Part shown: positions 11,011 to 25,700 of the stretch, one piece after another
Position numbering within the stretch: the first letter of the stretch is position 1
Layout of the letters: each line of letters begins with the position of its first letter
From: Eledone cirrhosa
Lineage: Eukaryota
Assembly (NCBI GenBank): GCA_964016885.1
Contig: OZ024743.1
Coordinates: 122,388,001 to 122,452,000 of the forward strand
DNA: 64,000 nucleotides
Reading direction: 5' to 3'
The notes under the pieces: model-generated
What the model saw: the letters and a program-made list of their open reading frames with translations, nothing else
Told to the model about the DNA's origin: nothing
Databases searched by the model: none
Made by a program: the position numbers and the translations under genes

Positions 11011-12649
11011 AAGACCGGACTCGAAATATTCAATTTAATGTTGCAAAAACACAATTCGTATTTCCATGGGTTAGTTACACCATCAGATCTTGACGTAAGA
11101 CTTTGGCGACGTCATCAGTTTAAGATTGCAAAATTAGTTAATGAATAACAGGGTTACGGCACTGAAACAGAGAATAGACAATAGACTTGATTCGGAGATG
11201 GCCCACCAATTCATATTATTGTTGTGAACCATCTGCGAATGGCACACACTCAGCAATGCTAAGCATTGTAGGTCTATAGGGGGTGAGGGTTATTTGATGA
11301 TAATAGAAATTCTGCTGTCCTCAGATAATGCCACGCCATTGAAAATCACAAACTTAAAATAAGTTTGTGATTTTCGATGGGGTACCGAAATATGCTCACT
11401 TAATGTGCGTTCCTCTAAGCTTCACGTGAACGTATTACTTTTATATCCAAACTGTGTAAATGATAAGATTAAAAAATAATTCCAACTTATATAAAAAATC
11501 AATTTCCACTGAAACCAAACATGATGTATGCAATACATATCCGCAATCTGCTTTTCCATATATCTACAATCTGCAAAATTGCAAATATATATAGAAAATA
11601 AACATATTGTTTTCACGTTTCAGTGAAAATATTCGCCAGCACGTAGCATCATGTGAGTCTTGTGTGTCATATAGAACTCCCAATGGTAAAATGAAGGAGA
11701 TTACGATTCTTTTTATGTATTGGCACTTCTGTTTATGTGATGTATCACTAGAACGTCTCTCTGCAAACATTCTAATAACTGTTTCTACCACCAGGATAAT
11801 ATATTTTTAAATGTGTTAATCAGCTAAAAGGTTCTAAAATGGAACCAATCGCATTGATTTGGTAGTTAATCAAGTTAGAAGTTTCCCTTTTCAACAAGTC
11901 GATGTTGTTACATACATTTCCCAATACTTGCAATATATAATAGAACGATAGAATAAACACACTCCATAAAAATTCGATGATATAAAAGCAAAACAGGAAG
12001 TTCCAGTAGCCTGTATTTTAAACGTTACGAAGAAGTACATGCTCAATATGAATTGGAACAATATTTGAGGTTTATATACAATCACTTAAATATATGCTAC
12101 TTCATAACCTCACAAAGAAACGTATTTAACGCCTCTGCTGACTTGAAAATAGATTTTTGTTGTTGTTGAAGCTGTAGATCTTACTACGGCTCACACTTTA
12201 CATGTATACTCAGCTTCCTATTAGGCATACACTCATACGATCTTTCTTGGATATTTTATAAAAGGGACCCAATCCTAGCATTTGTTTATGACAGGAAGGC
12301 GGGATATGAACGCAGAATGCACGGAGCTCTAAGAAATAACTCAAGGCATCATGTTCTACGATCTAACAATTTCTTATATCTACCTCTCTGAACTAATACT
12401 TTACCTATTAATTCGAAATGATAAAAGACAAAATTGGTTTTGACAAAATTTGAACTTAGAGTGCTGTAAGGCATTTAAACCGACGTTTTAGTGACTGCCA
12501 AACAAGTATCACAGTAGAAATATGTAGTCTCTTTGTAATCAACCAGTTTTATGATATTTAGAGAGCTCTCTGATGTCTAGACTCAAACTGAAAGAAGAAA
12601 TGTATTCGTATCAGCCAAAGTTATGGAAACGAATATAAAGTTTCGCGAA

Positions 12650-12920
12650 CACACTGAAAAGGTTATGTGTTCGATTCCAGCAGCGCGTTGTGTCCTTGTG
12701 CAAGACACTTTATTTTGTTCAGAAATCAGCTTTGGACAAAATCAGCTGTATCTGTAATTCAAAGAGCAAGCCTTTCCACACACTGAATCTTCTTGAAAAT
12801 TAAGTTAAGTGTACAGATGTCTGCGAAATACTCAACCACTGGCGCATTAATTTAATAGGTAGGCTATTGAGTTGTTAAAAAAACTGAAGCACTCAATCGT
12901 CGGAAACTCTAGACATCGAC
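12650..12920 (+). mobile_element. Old SINE of a second family (CORE-like)
   Basis: B-box GTTCGATTCC followed by GTGTCCTTGTGCAAGACACTTT. A related minus-strand piece lies at about 44090-44260. Confidence 0.5.
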
Positions 12921-15879
12921 CACACAGAAATTGATATTTGTTAGTAAGAAAATTCAAAGGAAGAATTCATAAGGACATTCATAAGCCACATTAACAATGA
13001 TACTTCCTATTGTTAAATATTGTATATACAAATATTTTGTCTTCGTTGTCGTGTCGTTTTCTTTCAATCATCATGTAGTATTTTTGTTAACTAACATATA
13101 AAAATCACACTTTACTATATAGTTAATTTGAAATAAAAATAGTAAAGAATGTACAGATGCAAACATTAATGATGCTCCTGTTCGTAACTCTCAACCTTCA
13201 ACAAAATGTTTCAGAAAAAATAACAGTATATTTCCGCACATTACATACATACATTATTAAGTGCTTAAAAAAAATCAATGGGATGAAGTTTTTCAAAATC
13301 TAAACTACTTTAAAGCTAAGTTACGTCTCTAGTGATAAGGAAACCTGCAAGATCGTAACATCACATGGAACATTTCAAAGAAATAGTGATATAGACATGA
13401 TCCATATCACAATAAAGACCAGGAAGAGACTGAATATCAAATCGTTTCAAGATTATAATGTGGTGACTGTCCATTAAACAGTACACATCATATTCCGCAC
13501 CAGGCATCCTGCTGGCGCTGACCGCTGTCACACATGGTTATTAGTTGTTTTTACGACGATACGAAAACTCGAGAGGTATTTTTGGAGTAACACTCGGCTC
13601 CAGATATATAGTGTTTGGACCAACCCTGCATTTATCAAACATTTCTCCAACTGCTTTGTGGCTGCGTCTAAAACGACATAGTGTATTTACGGCAACGACG
13701 TCCAGCTGAGAGAGATGCGTGTCGTCATGGGCTACTGATGCAACTGGATACATCACATCTACAATGAAGGTAGTGAAGGTGTGGATTGAGCATCCTAATA
13801 TCAGTCTACATGTTCGCCGCATATAAATCTTCAGCTACAATGTGAACGTCTGACCCTTAAAGCTCGACGGTCATGTAATGTTGTACATTAATAGCACAGG
13901 GCAATGGTTGCTGGCAATTGTGATTAAGTAGCCATTACCTCATAAATGAGAAAAGGCCTAGAAGCAATAACCATAAAACACTTCACTCAACATAGACTGG
14001 AAACAGCATCTGCTAAATTAAAAGTGGATTAAAGCTCAGGAAATTTAGCTACACACGATTGTTGGAAGTGAATCATTCTATGTAATGCAGACAAACATGT
14101 CAAATACAGTTCTTATGTTATCTCAAAGACTATGCATAACCAGCCACTTCAGGATGTGGCAACAATCTTATACAAAAACAGTTAGCCAGAGAGGAGCGCT
14201 GCGGAAAGCCCCTAAACTAGCTGCTAAGTGAACTTAGCCTAGTTGATCCAACAGTCATGTAGCAAATTTGTGAAATGACTTTAACGAATCACCAATCCTT
14301 GCTATAAGCTTTCTTCATAACGACAACAAACAGAAAATTCCTTGAAGCTGATAGCATTTTAAGAGATTGTGAAAGAATGTGGTCACCTCTGCCAAATTAT
14401 TTTATCAGCGTAATGTTTACTTGCTGTATTATACCGACAACCGCCCACTCAAATTACAACAACCGATTATTAAGATGCAGACACAAACTAGCAACATACT
14501 GGCCTATCTATATCGATCAGTTTTAAATTATAATATAAAATCTGCGCAACAATAAACCAATAAATACAAAAAAATTGCTAAAAATGCTTTATCGTCTAAA
14601 TAAATAAAAAGTAATTGTGAATTTATGTAACATTTGTCATGTTTGTATGCACTAAAATAGAAATGCACAAAATAAAACTAGATGCGATAATGAAATATTC
14701 GAAGTCTCCATGATGTACATCTTTTCAAATAAGGGAAATATGCGGATATAAACAATTCTTAGACAGAAATATCTATGTATTCAAACCTTCAGCGTCAGAA
14801 TATTTAACCACATTATTTAGTTATGGACTGATATTTGTAAGCAGTAGCCAGTCAGACTTTCGACGTCCCTTCACCACAAAATGTTTTAGTGTTTATTATT
14901 GAATTCAGAATAACTCAATAGATACAATCTTTAAAAAGTGATTTCCATTATTGAACTCTTCCTTGAATCAAATGTAAAATATAAATAAATCTGCATTGAG
15001 AAAGCTAATAAAAAGGAAATTTAGATATGGGAAATCTATGTATATTTTGCTATATAATTTGTCGACTAAATCGTTTACTTGCAGCAGGCTTAAAAAGTTA
15101 GTTAGAGAAGGGGAGGCACTTACTATAAAATTAACAGGCCCCCTGAGATGAACGTGACGGATGGGCGTTTGCAGAAAAAACGCTGGCGGGAGGGGATTCC
15201 AGAGTATTTTGGCGGAGATGATCGAAAAAAGTATTTAATGAAGAATATAGAAGGGGAGATAGTCAAGGTGATGGAAGGAGAAGTGATTGTGTCGGATAGG
15301 CCAGAGTGAATGAAACATGTATTTAGATAGTTTGAAGGAGCATAGGTAATTGTCATCATTGTAGTAACCGTAGAAGTGGATGATAAAAAATACACACAGT
15401 GTCTATGAATTTGTGGTATTAGGGTGTGTTGAATTGAAATTTTAAGCGATCCGATGTAAAACAAAATGTTATACCAGGCGATTGTATTAGGAGTGTATAT
15501 GTGTCGGATAGAGTTAAGCGATGATAAAAAAAGATCCCGTACAAACACTTGACAATGGCGCATAAATTGATCTCGAAACCAGAGGTGAGACAATAGGAGT
15601 TGTGTAAAGATCGTGACGTCAGAAAGAAGAGAGGTGGGATAAACTTTTTCGATGCAGGGCCGGGCGAAAGAATAACTGCTGGAGGATGAGAGAGGAAAAC
15701 GGTAGAAACAGCACATGAACTTGGAAAAATAAGGAAAAGAGGGACTTTGAAGTTTAAAAAAATTCATGTGGGGCGTAATCGGTGGGGAGACACATCATTT
15801 CAAAGGGAAGTTAGAATGTGGAGTGTTACTGTAACATACAAGAATGGACCAATTAGTTTCATTTGAAAGGCACCATAGA

Positions 15880-16275
15880 ATATAATTGTTCCTACTTTTA
15901 GCACAAGGCCAGCAATTATCCTAGTGCATTACTTGTACTTTACTTTATCGAGCCCGTAAGGATGAAAGGGATTTGGACGCAGAATGTAAAGGGCCCAAAG
16001 TCTGTGTTGCAAAGCATAGAGTCCGACGCTCTACCGATATTGCAAATCCACCACCTACCATAGAATCCACGACAACATAGAAAATAATTGTTTCTACTTT
16101 TGGCACAAGACCAGCAATTACCCAGTACATTACTGGTACTTTATTTTATCGACCCCGTAAGGATTAAAGGCAAAGTTAACCTCGGCCGGATTTGAACTCA
16201 GAATGGCAAGGGCCGTAACTCTATGATGCAAAGCATGGCGTCCGACCTTCTACCGATACTGCCAATCTACGGCCC
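15880..16275 (-). mobile_element. Two tandem SINE copies (about 15880-16055 and 16083-16275)
   Basis: Same SINE family motifs. Confidence 0.85.
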
Positions 16276-17039
16276 TGAAGATTATTCATGATAATGACAC
16301 GTACTTTTGAATATAGTAAATGCAATATACAAAGTTTCACAATGTTTATGAATAATTATGAAGAATCTTTAATGTAAATATAAGTGAAATCGTTGAGTTC
16401 TTTCACTGAACAGAAATATAAATGTGTCCGTCCAGATGTAAATTATCAATGCTGTGAGTGGACACGAATAGAAATATTTGTGTCCACTCACAGCATTGAT
16501 AATTTACATCTGGACGGACACATTTATATTTCTGTTCAGTGAAAGAACTCAACGATTTCACCTATATTTACATTAAAGATTCTTCATAATTATTCATAAA
16601 CATTGTGAAACTTTTTATATTGCATTTACTATATTCAAAAGTACGTGTCATTATCATTATCAGGGCGGTAGATTGGCAGTATCGGTCGAGGGTCGGACGC
16701 CATGCTTTGCAGCACAGTTACGTCCCTTTACGATGTACTGGGTAATTGCTGGTCTTGTACCAAAAGTAGAAACAATTATTTTCTCTGTTGCCAAAGGCAA
16801 AGTTAACGTCAAATCCCGCCGAGGTTAACTTTGCCTTTCATCCTTACGGGGTCGATAAAATAAAGTACCAGTAATGTACTGGGTGATTGCTGGCCTTGTG
16901 CCAAAAGTAGAAACAATTATTTTCTATGTTGTCGTGGATTCTATGGTGGATGGTGGATTTGCAATATCGGTAGAGGGTCGGACGCTATGCTTTGCAACAT
17001 AGACTTCGGGCCCTTTACAGTCTGCGTTCAAATCCCTTT
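15965..17039. repeat. About 1.07-kb imperfect palindrome (inverted duplication)
   Basis: Centre GTGGACAC-14 nt-GTGTCCAC at 16458-16487. The unique arms (16288-16465 and 16480-16657) are nearly perfect, and symmetry continues through the SINEs on both sides. Confidence 0.92.
16663..17039 (+). mobile_element. Rearranged SINE copies in the right palindrome arm
   Basis: SINE head at 16663, tails at about 16780 and 16920, second head at about 16945. Confidence 0.8.
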
Positions 17040-17692
17040 TGAGTAAGCAGTAATATTTAATATAGATTTTAGCATTTGTATCAAAAGTAACCGATTGTAC
17101 ACCTTTTCAAATAAGTGTTATGTAACGAGTTTAAAATGGTAGAACTCAAACGTTTGAGTCGGGAAAAATATTTGGTAGTGTTTGGGCGAATTATTTATTC
17201 AGAAAGGTATCCATAATAAGTTATCAGTGATTTTTAAATATGGCTGTTTTTATGTGAGAAGAAGAAATAAGTCTAGTATTTATTTATATATAGCAGATTT
17301 GGTATTGTGCTCGACTAAATGCTTTATATGTAGTTTTGTTCCTCTGTTCTGAGTTGACATTGTGTACTTAAAATACATTGCGATTATTTTATCCTCTTGT
17401 ATCCCTTCTTTATAAATTTTCTTTTGCTAGTATCATCACAACACGCAAGGCTAAAACGAATGCAGAAAATATGATAGATATATAAAAGAAAGTAGTTTTA
17501 ACAGCATGAAATATTTGTATAACATTCAAAATACACTTCATATCCTAAAATTAGAATGAAAAAAACATATTTACACATGGAAATTCATTTCACTACACTG
17601 AAGTAGTAAGAACATATTTAGTTACTATAATTCTTACTGTAAAAGTCTCCGTATAATGTTAGAGTACAATTTGATTATTTATGTAAAATAAT

Positions 17693-17878
17693 TGTTTTTA
17701 CTTTTGGCACAAGGCCAGCAATTGCCCAGTGCATTACTGGTACTTTATTTTATCGACCCCCGTAAGGATGAAAGGCAAAGTTAACCTTGGCTGGATTTGA
17801 ACTCAGAATGGCAAGGGCCGTAACTCTATGCATCAAAGCATGGCGTCCGACCCTCTACCGATACTGCCAATTCACCGC
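17693..17878 (-). mobile_element. tRNA-derived SINE with 18-bp TSD
   Basis: TSD TTATTTATGTAAAATAAT at 17675-17692 and 17882-17899. Confidence 0.92.
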
Positions 17879-18949
17879 ACTTTATTTATGTAAAATAATG
17901 TCATCTGGTGACTGATGTAATTCTTGCTGGTAATACGATAGCTACAAGGCTTTGATTTTATTTTCAATTAAGCTGTCTCAATAGAATGCTTCAGTTATTA
18001 ATGTACTTCTCTACATCGTTCTCAATGGTATGCCTATTTCAAATCGAACTCTGATGTGCTCCACAGTAAATCGGAACAGAAAACCGATTATCTGCTATTT
18101 GTCTTTCACTTTAGAATGACCAAAAGTAATTATGATCAGTCACGCAGCCCTGTTATTCGAAAATGATAAATGTTATACGACCATTATATACGTTCCATTA
18201 ATACGTGCAGTATATTATTTGAGTATTCAGCATGATTTAATCTATTTATGCTTTTAGATGTCTAAGCCAACTGAAGGCAATCTTTGGGAATCAGCATAAT
18301 CTAATGCAGAGTAATGCCATGGAGTTATTTTATTAGATACAGGTGAAGCTGGCGATAAGATAAATTCAATGTTGGGAATTCATTGTAAAGCAAAAAATAT
18401 GAAATAAGGAAATGAGAATTTATTTAGGAATATGGGAATGCGATGGAGGAAAACCATAAATATTAAAAACCAAAAACATTAATTCAGAACAAAAAAATTT
18501 ATATATTTTTTTTCTAAAAGTGAAGACACTTGCACAGCCAAGGAATATTTATCAGAAAAATTACATCTATTGCCATACGTAGCTCTATATATTTTAGCTC
18601 CAAGCTGTTGAACAAAGTGGATAATCTTTTATGTATGAAAGAAATAGATATCTTCTCTAACAGCCTGCTGTTTGGTATATTTCAGTAAAATAATTGTTGC
18701 TAATAGAATTGATGATATTCTTCCGAAGTACCGCACATTTTATATGGTCTTCTATATAGAAATCTCGTACTTTAGATCTTTGTCTTTTGTAACTACACCA
18801 ATATTCTTTAGTAACTGATAGTAAATAAAAAATTACTGCTGTACAAATACTATAACTTGATAGTTATCCAGTTATAGTATTTGAAGAAAAATAGCGGTGT
18901 CTATGAACAATAATTCTTGTTGATCTACTAAATTCACAAAATAGAAATT

Positions 18950-19475
18950 ACCTAAAAAGAGTTGAGAATTTTATGTATCTTGATTCGTGGATCAAAACCC
19001 CAGAAAAAGACAAGACCACTAGAATTAACTTAGCCAGTTACAAACAAAATGAATGTCATTTGGAAATAAAACTTGAAGTTCTTTTGATCATCAGTTGAAA
19101 GTGTGTTTGTGTATGGAGCGGAAAGAGATGGAAATACAGTTAGATGGCACATATACAAGACTACTGAGGAAAGTGTAAAATGTATCTTGGAGGGGGCATA
19201 GAACAAACGAGTCTCTATAGGGCAACGTGAGACTAATGGCTATAAGACTCGGTCTCATGGGTCACATATGGCGAAGAGATCAGGCAGAGGCATTACACCA
19301 GTTACTGCCATGGGAATCCACACATGGTAGAACAAGAGGTCGGCTTCAAGCGACGTTTATGGAGCCAGTTTTTAAAGACAGGAATCTTAGAAAGAATGAA
19401 CTCGCAGAAGCCATGCTGAATAGGGACAAGCAGAGAAGTATAACTATCAATGTTGTCCGAAGAAACTCGACATGA
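18950..19475 (+). mobile_element. Decayed 3' end of an RTE-like LINE
   Basis: Remnants VENFMYLDSWI, SVFVYGAE, LDGTYTRLLRK and LMGHIWRR..LLPWESTHGRTRGR parallel the ORF at 61669-62670. Confidence 0.75.
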
Positions 19476-22400
19476 TAATGATAATGATGTTATGAGTGTC
19501 AACTGATGAAGTTAGTAAATGTTTCAAGAAGATTAATTCTTAAATATTCCTTATTTTAAGTGCTATTTTAACGGCTTTCTATTTACCTCCCCACTAAAAC
19601 TTTCAACCCTAACTATAATAAATGTAAGAAATTAATATTGATACGAGATAGTATTCTCAGTATTAGTGAGAACATAAGCTTCTATAATAAATGTTAAAGC
19701 AGACTGTTAATAGTTTACTATCACGCTTAACGACTCACAATCTAATGCATATGATACCCGCTTGCAGTCTTCCTTAACCTTCTAGATGCAAGCGCCATCA
19801 AAAGGTATCCTAAAACTACCGCGCTTAAAATACATTGTCTCTGAGATCACAAGCTTTGAAAATATCCTTTAATATGGACTTCATAAGCCAATTTCCTTTA
19901 GCAGCACAGAGACAATTTCTGCACAAAGCAAGGAAACCACACTGGATAGCATTCTTTTTAAGAATGAACAACACAACTAAATATTTAGATATACACCGCA
20001 ACAAATACTTTGCTTGATTTTTCGCTTCAGAATTACAATCCCCATGTATTTACTTGGTCTCTTTTTTCTGCAGATATCCTCGATACACATGAGTTGAAAC
20101 TGAACATCAAACTCACTAATCCCATCAGTGTGGAAGAGCCTGTAAATTAAATAAAAGGGAAATGTCCTTCCTCATCATTTCATTAGCTTATTAAATTAAA
20201 GTTATCTTTAGTGAGATGTTATGTTTATATGATTCGATGTAATTCAAAGTTGCTAGCATAGAAACAAATGCATTAATTTTTACTATTATTCAAAATATTT
20301 CAAAAAAATGTTGGTGTTTTAGACACACCTGTCGAAGTGAATGCCTGATAATATTTCTGTGATTCAGTCCTAGAAAACAATTATTATTGTAATATTGTTC
20401 ATCGACATATGTCAATAATAAAAAAAGTTACGACTTGATGTATGCTTTAAATTGTTTCTTTTAGTATGTTACATTTATATTAGGATTGTTCGTTTTATCA
20501 TTAGAATATTTAGATCTCCCTTTGTATCAGAAATTTCTTGATATTTCCTAAATGTCAAAATGTGAAAAATTTCCATATAAATGTCAAAACCCTATCTTCA
20601 TCTCACCTTTAGTATGTCAAAGTGAAATGTTCCCAACATGATTTGTTTCTTGTCAATTCCTTTTCATTTTTTGTTAGTTGAAATATTGTGATTCTCAACA
20701 TTTTTGTTATGATTTATATTTTTTCGCAAAATCCTACAGGTTTTACATTATCTCAGAATGTAATCTTAAATGTTGTCATTTGCATGGTACTTTTTGGAAG
20801 CAATTCTTAGTAGATTGAAATAAAATATACGGAAGAATCTATAGAATGTTTGGCTTTAGAAAGTCTACTGTTTCAACGTAAGGGATTGAAAATCTAGAAT
20901 ATTTGAATAGATAAATAATCTTATAACAAAAACCCAAACACATGACATACGATATAATCTTTAAAATATTTTCAGTTATAAAAAGTTATCCATTCAGATG
21001 TAGAATACTTCCCACATTTACATGCTAGTCTTGCACAGGTGTTATAACTAATTTTGACAGTTTTTGTTTAACTTTAGCAAGACGTAATTTATATTATAAT
21101 CTACTAAACCTCTGCATTTGTATTCTAATGAGAAAAAAACATTGTTTCTTTATAAAGATATGTAAATTAGGGCTAACTGGTGATTGAATCCTGTATATTC
21201 TTTAAAACTGAAATAAACGAATGTTAACACTAACTTCAACATGTATTGTAGACAAATTATATAGATTAAATGCATTAAAAATAAATTTATATTTGTATAT
21301 ATATACACAGTTGAGAGATAATTGATGTAGCATAAATATGTATATGAATTTAGATATTGAATATCTAGACATGTAAACATACCAAATTTGCCGATATAAA
21401 TTTATCGTATACATTGGCTGCTTAGCGTACAAATTAATATGCATTAAAATTAACCAACAACATGAACGCTAATAATATGCAGCTTAGTACGCCCATTTCA
21501 GTGACAATTCTATACGCAAAAGGTTATATAAGCTCCCCAGTTACATATTTCCTTGGGATTGTTTAGTCCATATACATATCTTCTGGTGAAAACCCAAAAG
21601 TTCGAAACTCGAATATAGATATCTACCATTTTATTCAGTTACAGGGAAATACGTCAATTTGGCATGACATGACATCCTTAATTTAATTTTGGTTATATAT
21701 ATATATATACTTTTCAGCTAGACGTGTTCAATCACCGCTTTTAAAACATTCACACAAATACACACACGCATATATATAATTACATGTATATATTTAGATA
21801 CATACACATATACATATATATCTTTATGTTCTGTATGAATATATGTAAAATACTCCAAATATAACATATATTATCAAGACTACTATGCTACTCTCTTTAT
21901 ATTCAAGTCAGTGTTTCTGTGGCGTATTATTTAATCTCACATCTTTATGGAAATTGAATTGTAAGAGAGAAAGAAAGATGGAAGGAGTGTGTGTATGTAT
22001 GTGTCTGTGGAAAGGCGACAGAGAGAGAGACAGAGGGAGAGAGGGAGAGAGAGTGGGGGAACTCAAAACAAGAATTACTTTTTGAACCTTTGGTCACGGT
22101 GTGGAAAGGAAATGGTAAGAGTGCGTGAGCCAGACTGACAAAGAGTGAGAGAGAGAGAGCGATGGAGAGAGGGGGGGGGGGAAAGAAAGAAAAAGAAAGA
22201 AAGAGAAAGGCAAAGAGAGTGGTAGTGGTGCCGACATTCTAAAACCTACACTGTACAGAAGATATTGTTTAACCTAAAATTATAAATAAATAAACATTTT
22301 ATTTTCGTAGTTTCAATCATTTATAAAATTTATTCGATTTATTTAATTGTGGTGTATATACGTAATTAAGTAGAATACATTAGTTCTATGTATATATAAC

Positions 22401-23994
22401 TTATAAATAAAACATTTCAAATGTCATATTGATCCTTAATATTTAGTGGCTGTTTCTAATTAAACCGTGGAATTTCGACAAGTGCAGCTAGTAAAATATG
22501 AAAAAAGCATGGATTCCTTTCTAATATTTATCATAAAATGTAGCTAAAAGTAATCTGTATTTCGTTGTGTGGAAAAACAGTCTTACTTCTACATAGTGTT
22601 ATAATTGTGTTTCAAACAACAAATTTCTATCTTATGAAATGAACACATATTTGATAAAAATATCTAATTAAATTTGTTGTTTAATTGTTTATTCTTTTAG
22701 TTAAAATGCTATTCCTTATTAATAAGGCGTTTCCCAGATGTCAATTTCGATTTGATTTTCATAAAATACTTTACTAAGTGATTGTTTTAATTCAATGTAA
22801 CATCTAACACAGTTGCTGACAACTAAACAACACGAAGGATAGGATAAACATGAGTTTTTGTAATGAAAGCCTTTAACCAGACATATACGTAGAAAAAAGT
22901 TGTCAGAACTATGAACAAATGTGCAGAAATGACATTTATTGCCTAATAAACATGGCTGGTAAGTAAAGGATGCAGCTTCTTTTTGTCATAATAAAGTCTA
23001 CATAAAAGCAAACGGTTTTATTAGAAATGCGTTATTTCTTTCAGGAAACACACTATCAATGTCTGTATAAATCTAAAATGAAAGAAAAATATATATAAAA
23101 TAAAATAAAAAAAATAAACGATCAACTACAGAAAACATATATTACACTTTCTCGTTGCTTTTTTATGACTGGGAATAGATTATTTTCAAAGCAATAAATA
23201 ATTGCTTGGAAAACAATTTACAGCCAGATATTTACAAAATTAAGAAAAAAAACCCCAAAACATCAGCTGAAAGACCCATTGATTTTACAAAATAAATATT
23301 ACTTTTTTAATTTTCACAGAGGATGTTGAAAGAAGTGTTTATATGGCCACGCACTTTCAAGAAACTAATAAAGCAAACGCTATTCTCACATTGAATCCAA
23401 CCTCCTATTCGGCGGCCAATCATAATTTCCTCTTTGGCAAGATAAATATGATATATCATCATTTGATGGTCTACATTGAAAGAACATCTTCATAAAAACT
23501 AAGCAGCTGTTATCGACATTACTTTGCCAAAGGTCGCGTAGCATGATAGATGAAGTCATATAACTTGATTCCTTATCTATTGCAAATCTTTTGACTGGGA
23601 AATAGGCCGAACCTCAGCTTTTTTCTAGTAAATCAATGGTTTTTTGTTTTCTCATGTTAACATTATTGTTCTTTGTTAACAGAATTTCCTTTTCTATTGT
23701 TAAATATCATACCACATGTTGAAAATAGATTGACTTAGCTTGGAAACAATTCGTTCACTCAAAGATTTTTGATGAACGTTATTTTATTTTTTAAGATAAT
23801 CAGTTTTATCTAGTCTCAGCATCATGTATTATGAGAGAGATAGATAGATTTGGTATTGTGCCAAATGTAGAACAATTATGAGAGATAGATTTAACAATGG
23901 GAAATATTTGAATGTCGTTAACTTTCAGCGACCCCAGTCGTGTTGTTGCACACATTGCTTCAATTAACACTTTTCTTCTAAACATTCTCCCACT

Positions 23995-24175
23995 CAACTG
24001 TCGCCCGACCTGCTAGAAATAACCAACTCTCAATCAAGTCACACAATACCACCTTAAAATAGGAAGGGCACATTCAATATTCAATAACGTTATCCCGAAT
24101 ATACTATGTCGAAAAGAGATTGGCTGATCATGGTTGGAGCAGCTTTGATCCTATATCTAATCCGGGACTAAATAA
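23995..24175 (+). mobile_element. Old dispersed repeat (SINE-like), related to the 51200 minisatellite unit
   Basis: ACCTGCTAGAAATAACCAACTCTC...TCACAC..TACCACCTTAAA resembles ACCTGCTAGAAACAGCAGCTAACTCTC...TCACACC...TACTGTCTTAAA. Confidence 0.5.
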
Positions 24176-24925
24176 CAACCGTTTTTTTCCTGACAGTGAA
24201 AACTAATGTCACACCTATCCTCCAAAAATTCTTGAGTATTTTTTTTATCGAGTGATATAGCCATTCTATTGATCTATATTATAATGTATCCGAGTACAAT
24301 TCCTGTCTACCCCTATTTACTAGATATCCCCATAAAAAAAAAAAATTAGTCTTTTATCCTTGAGAATTTTTGTGAAAGCGATACTGTTACTTATGACATC
24401 AGTAAAACCTTCGATTATTTTTGACAGAAGAAACTCTTTATCTCCTATCACTTGTGTAAATTGTTATTTCTTTGATTTAAAGTGTTCTGAAAAATCGCTT
24501 AATTGCAGGGTATTCATTCTACCTTCCTATGTATACCTCAATTTTAAGATATTTCCGCGATACTATTTTCGATACATTAAGAACCTAAGTGCTGTTATGC
24601 ACAGGTGTGATTCATACGCGATCTTGAGACCTCATTTCAGACGTGCACAGTTTTTTTTATCAGAGAGCTTGAGAATCATCTTTTAACAAAAGCATTACGA
24701 TATAACAGCAAAGCCTTCCCATTGCTACACATATTAAGGGATGGCCATGCTCTCACACCTATAAGCCTTCAAGTCAATAATATACTAGCCCTCATAATTT
24801 GATTATCTTACATGGTAGTCGCATATACAAATGATCAAAACTGCCTCATAGAGAGACTATTGATCAGATGCTAACGCTCTATAAAGTTCAAGTAAGAGTC
24901 ATATACTTATAACGATGATGATTCA

Positions 24926-24961
<36 letters not shown>

Positions 24962-24965
<4 letters not shown>

Positions 24966-25438
24966 GAAAAAGTTTGTCCTTATCAGTGGCCTTCCAACCG
25001 TCGTAGGCATTTCGTCGCATTAAAGGCCATATACCTCAGGTTGGTGCGAGCAACGGCTAAAAAAAGTGGTTGGGACACGTAAATAAAGGGGACGCTAGGG
25101 TAAACAGACAAAATGGTTTAAGCAGCAGAAAGTGATGAAGAAGAAACAAGTCCCAGATTTCTATGACTATAAATTCGGTGGAATATATTCATAGAAATCT
25201 GGGACTTGTTTCTTCTTCATCACTTTCTGCTGCTTAAACCATTTTGTCTGTTTACCCTAGCGTCCCCTTTATTTACGTGTCCCAACCACTTTTCTTAGCC
25301 GTTGCTCGCACCAACCTGAGGTATATGGCCTTTAATGCGACGAAATGCCTACGACGGTTGGCAGGCCACTGATGAGGACAAACTTTTTCATATGTAACCC
25401 ATTTGCAGCGCCGCAGCTCCATTATTATCATATTTACA
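24962..25438. mobile_element. Fold-back element between (TA)n tracts
   Basis: About 205-bp inverted arms at 24962-25166 and 25189-25393 with few mismatches, plus a short tail. The tail recurs inverted at 43413-43453 inside (TA)n. Confidence 0.75.
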
Positions 25439-25667
25439 TATATATATATATATATATATATCAACTTTTTATATATATATAAATCAACTTTTTAAAAGGA
25501 AGTTGCATTATCACAAGGTATGTCACTAATTATTTATAAAACAGCATATGTATTGTATTTTGTCTGAGGAAGGCATAACATATTTTTAATATGATATCCC
25601 AGAAATATATATAACGAAATAAATATGGTTTTATAAATATAAATATAGTTTCCATTTGTCTAATATC

Positions 25668-25698
<31 letters not shown>

Positions 25699-25700
<2 letters not shown>

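Noticed and set aside
13500-14600. Slightly GC-richer stretch suggesting an old retroelement
   Set aside because: No diagnostic motif could be read with confidence.
15123-15767. 214-aa minus-strand ORF
   Set aside because: No recognisable motifs and biased composition; probably an old repeat remnant.
25340-25400. Hammerhead around CTGATGA at 25369
   Set aside because: I could not find a downstream GAAA with closing stems II and I, so it is not called a ribozyme.
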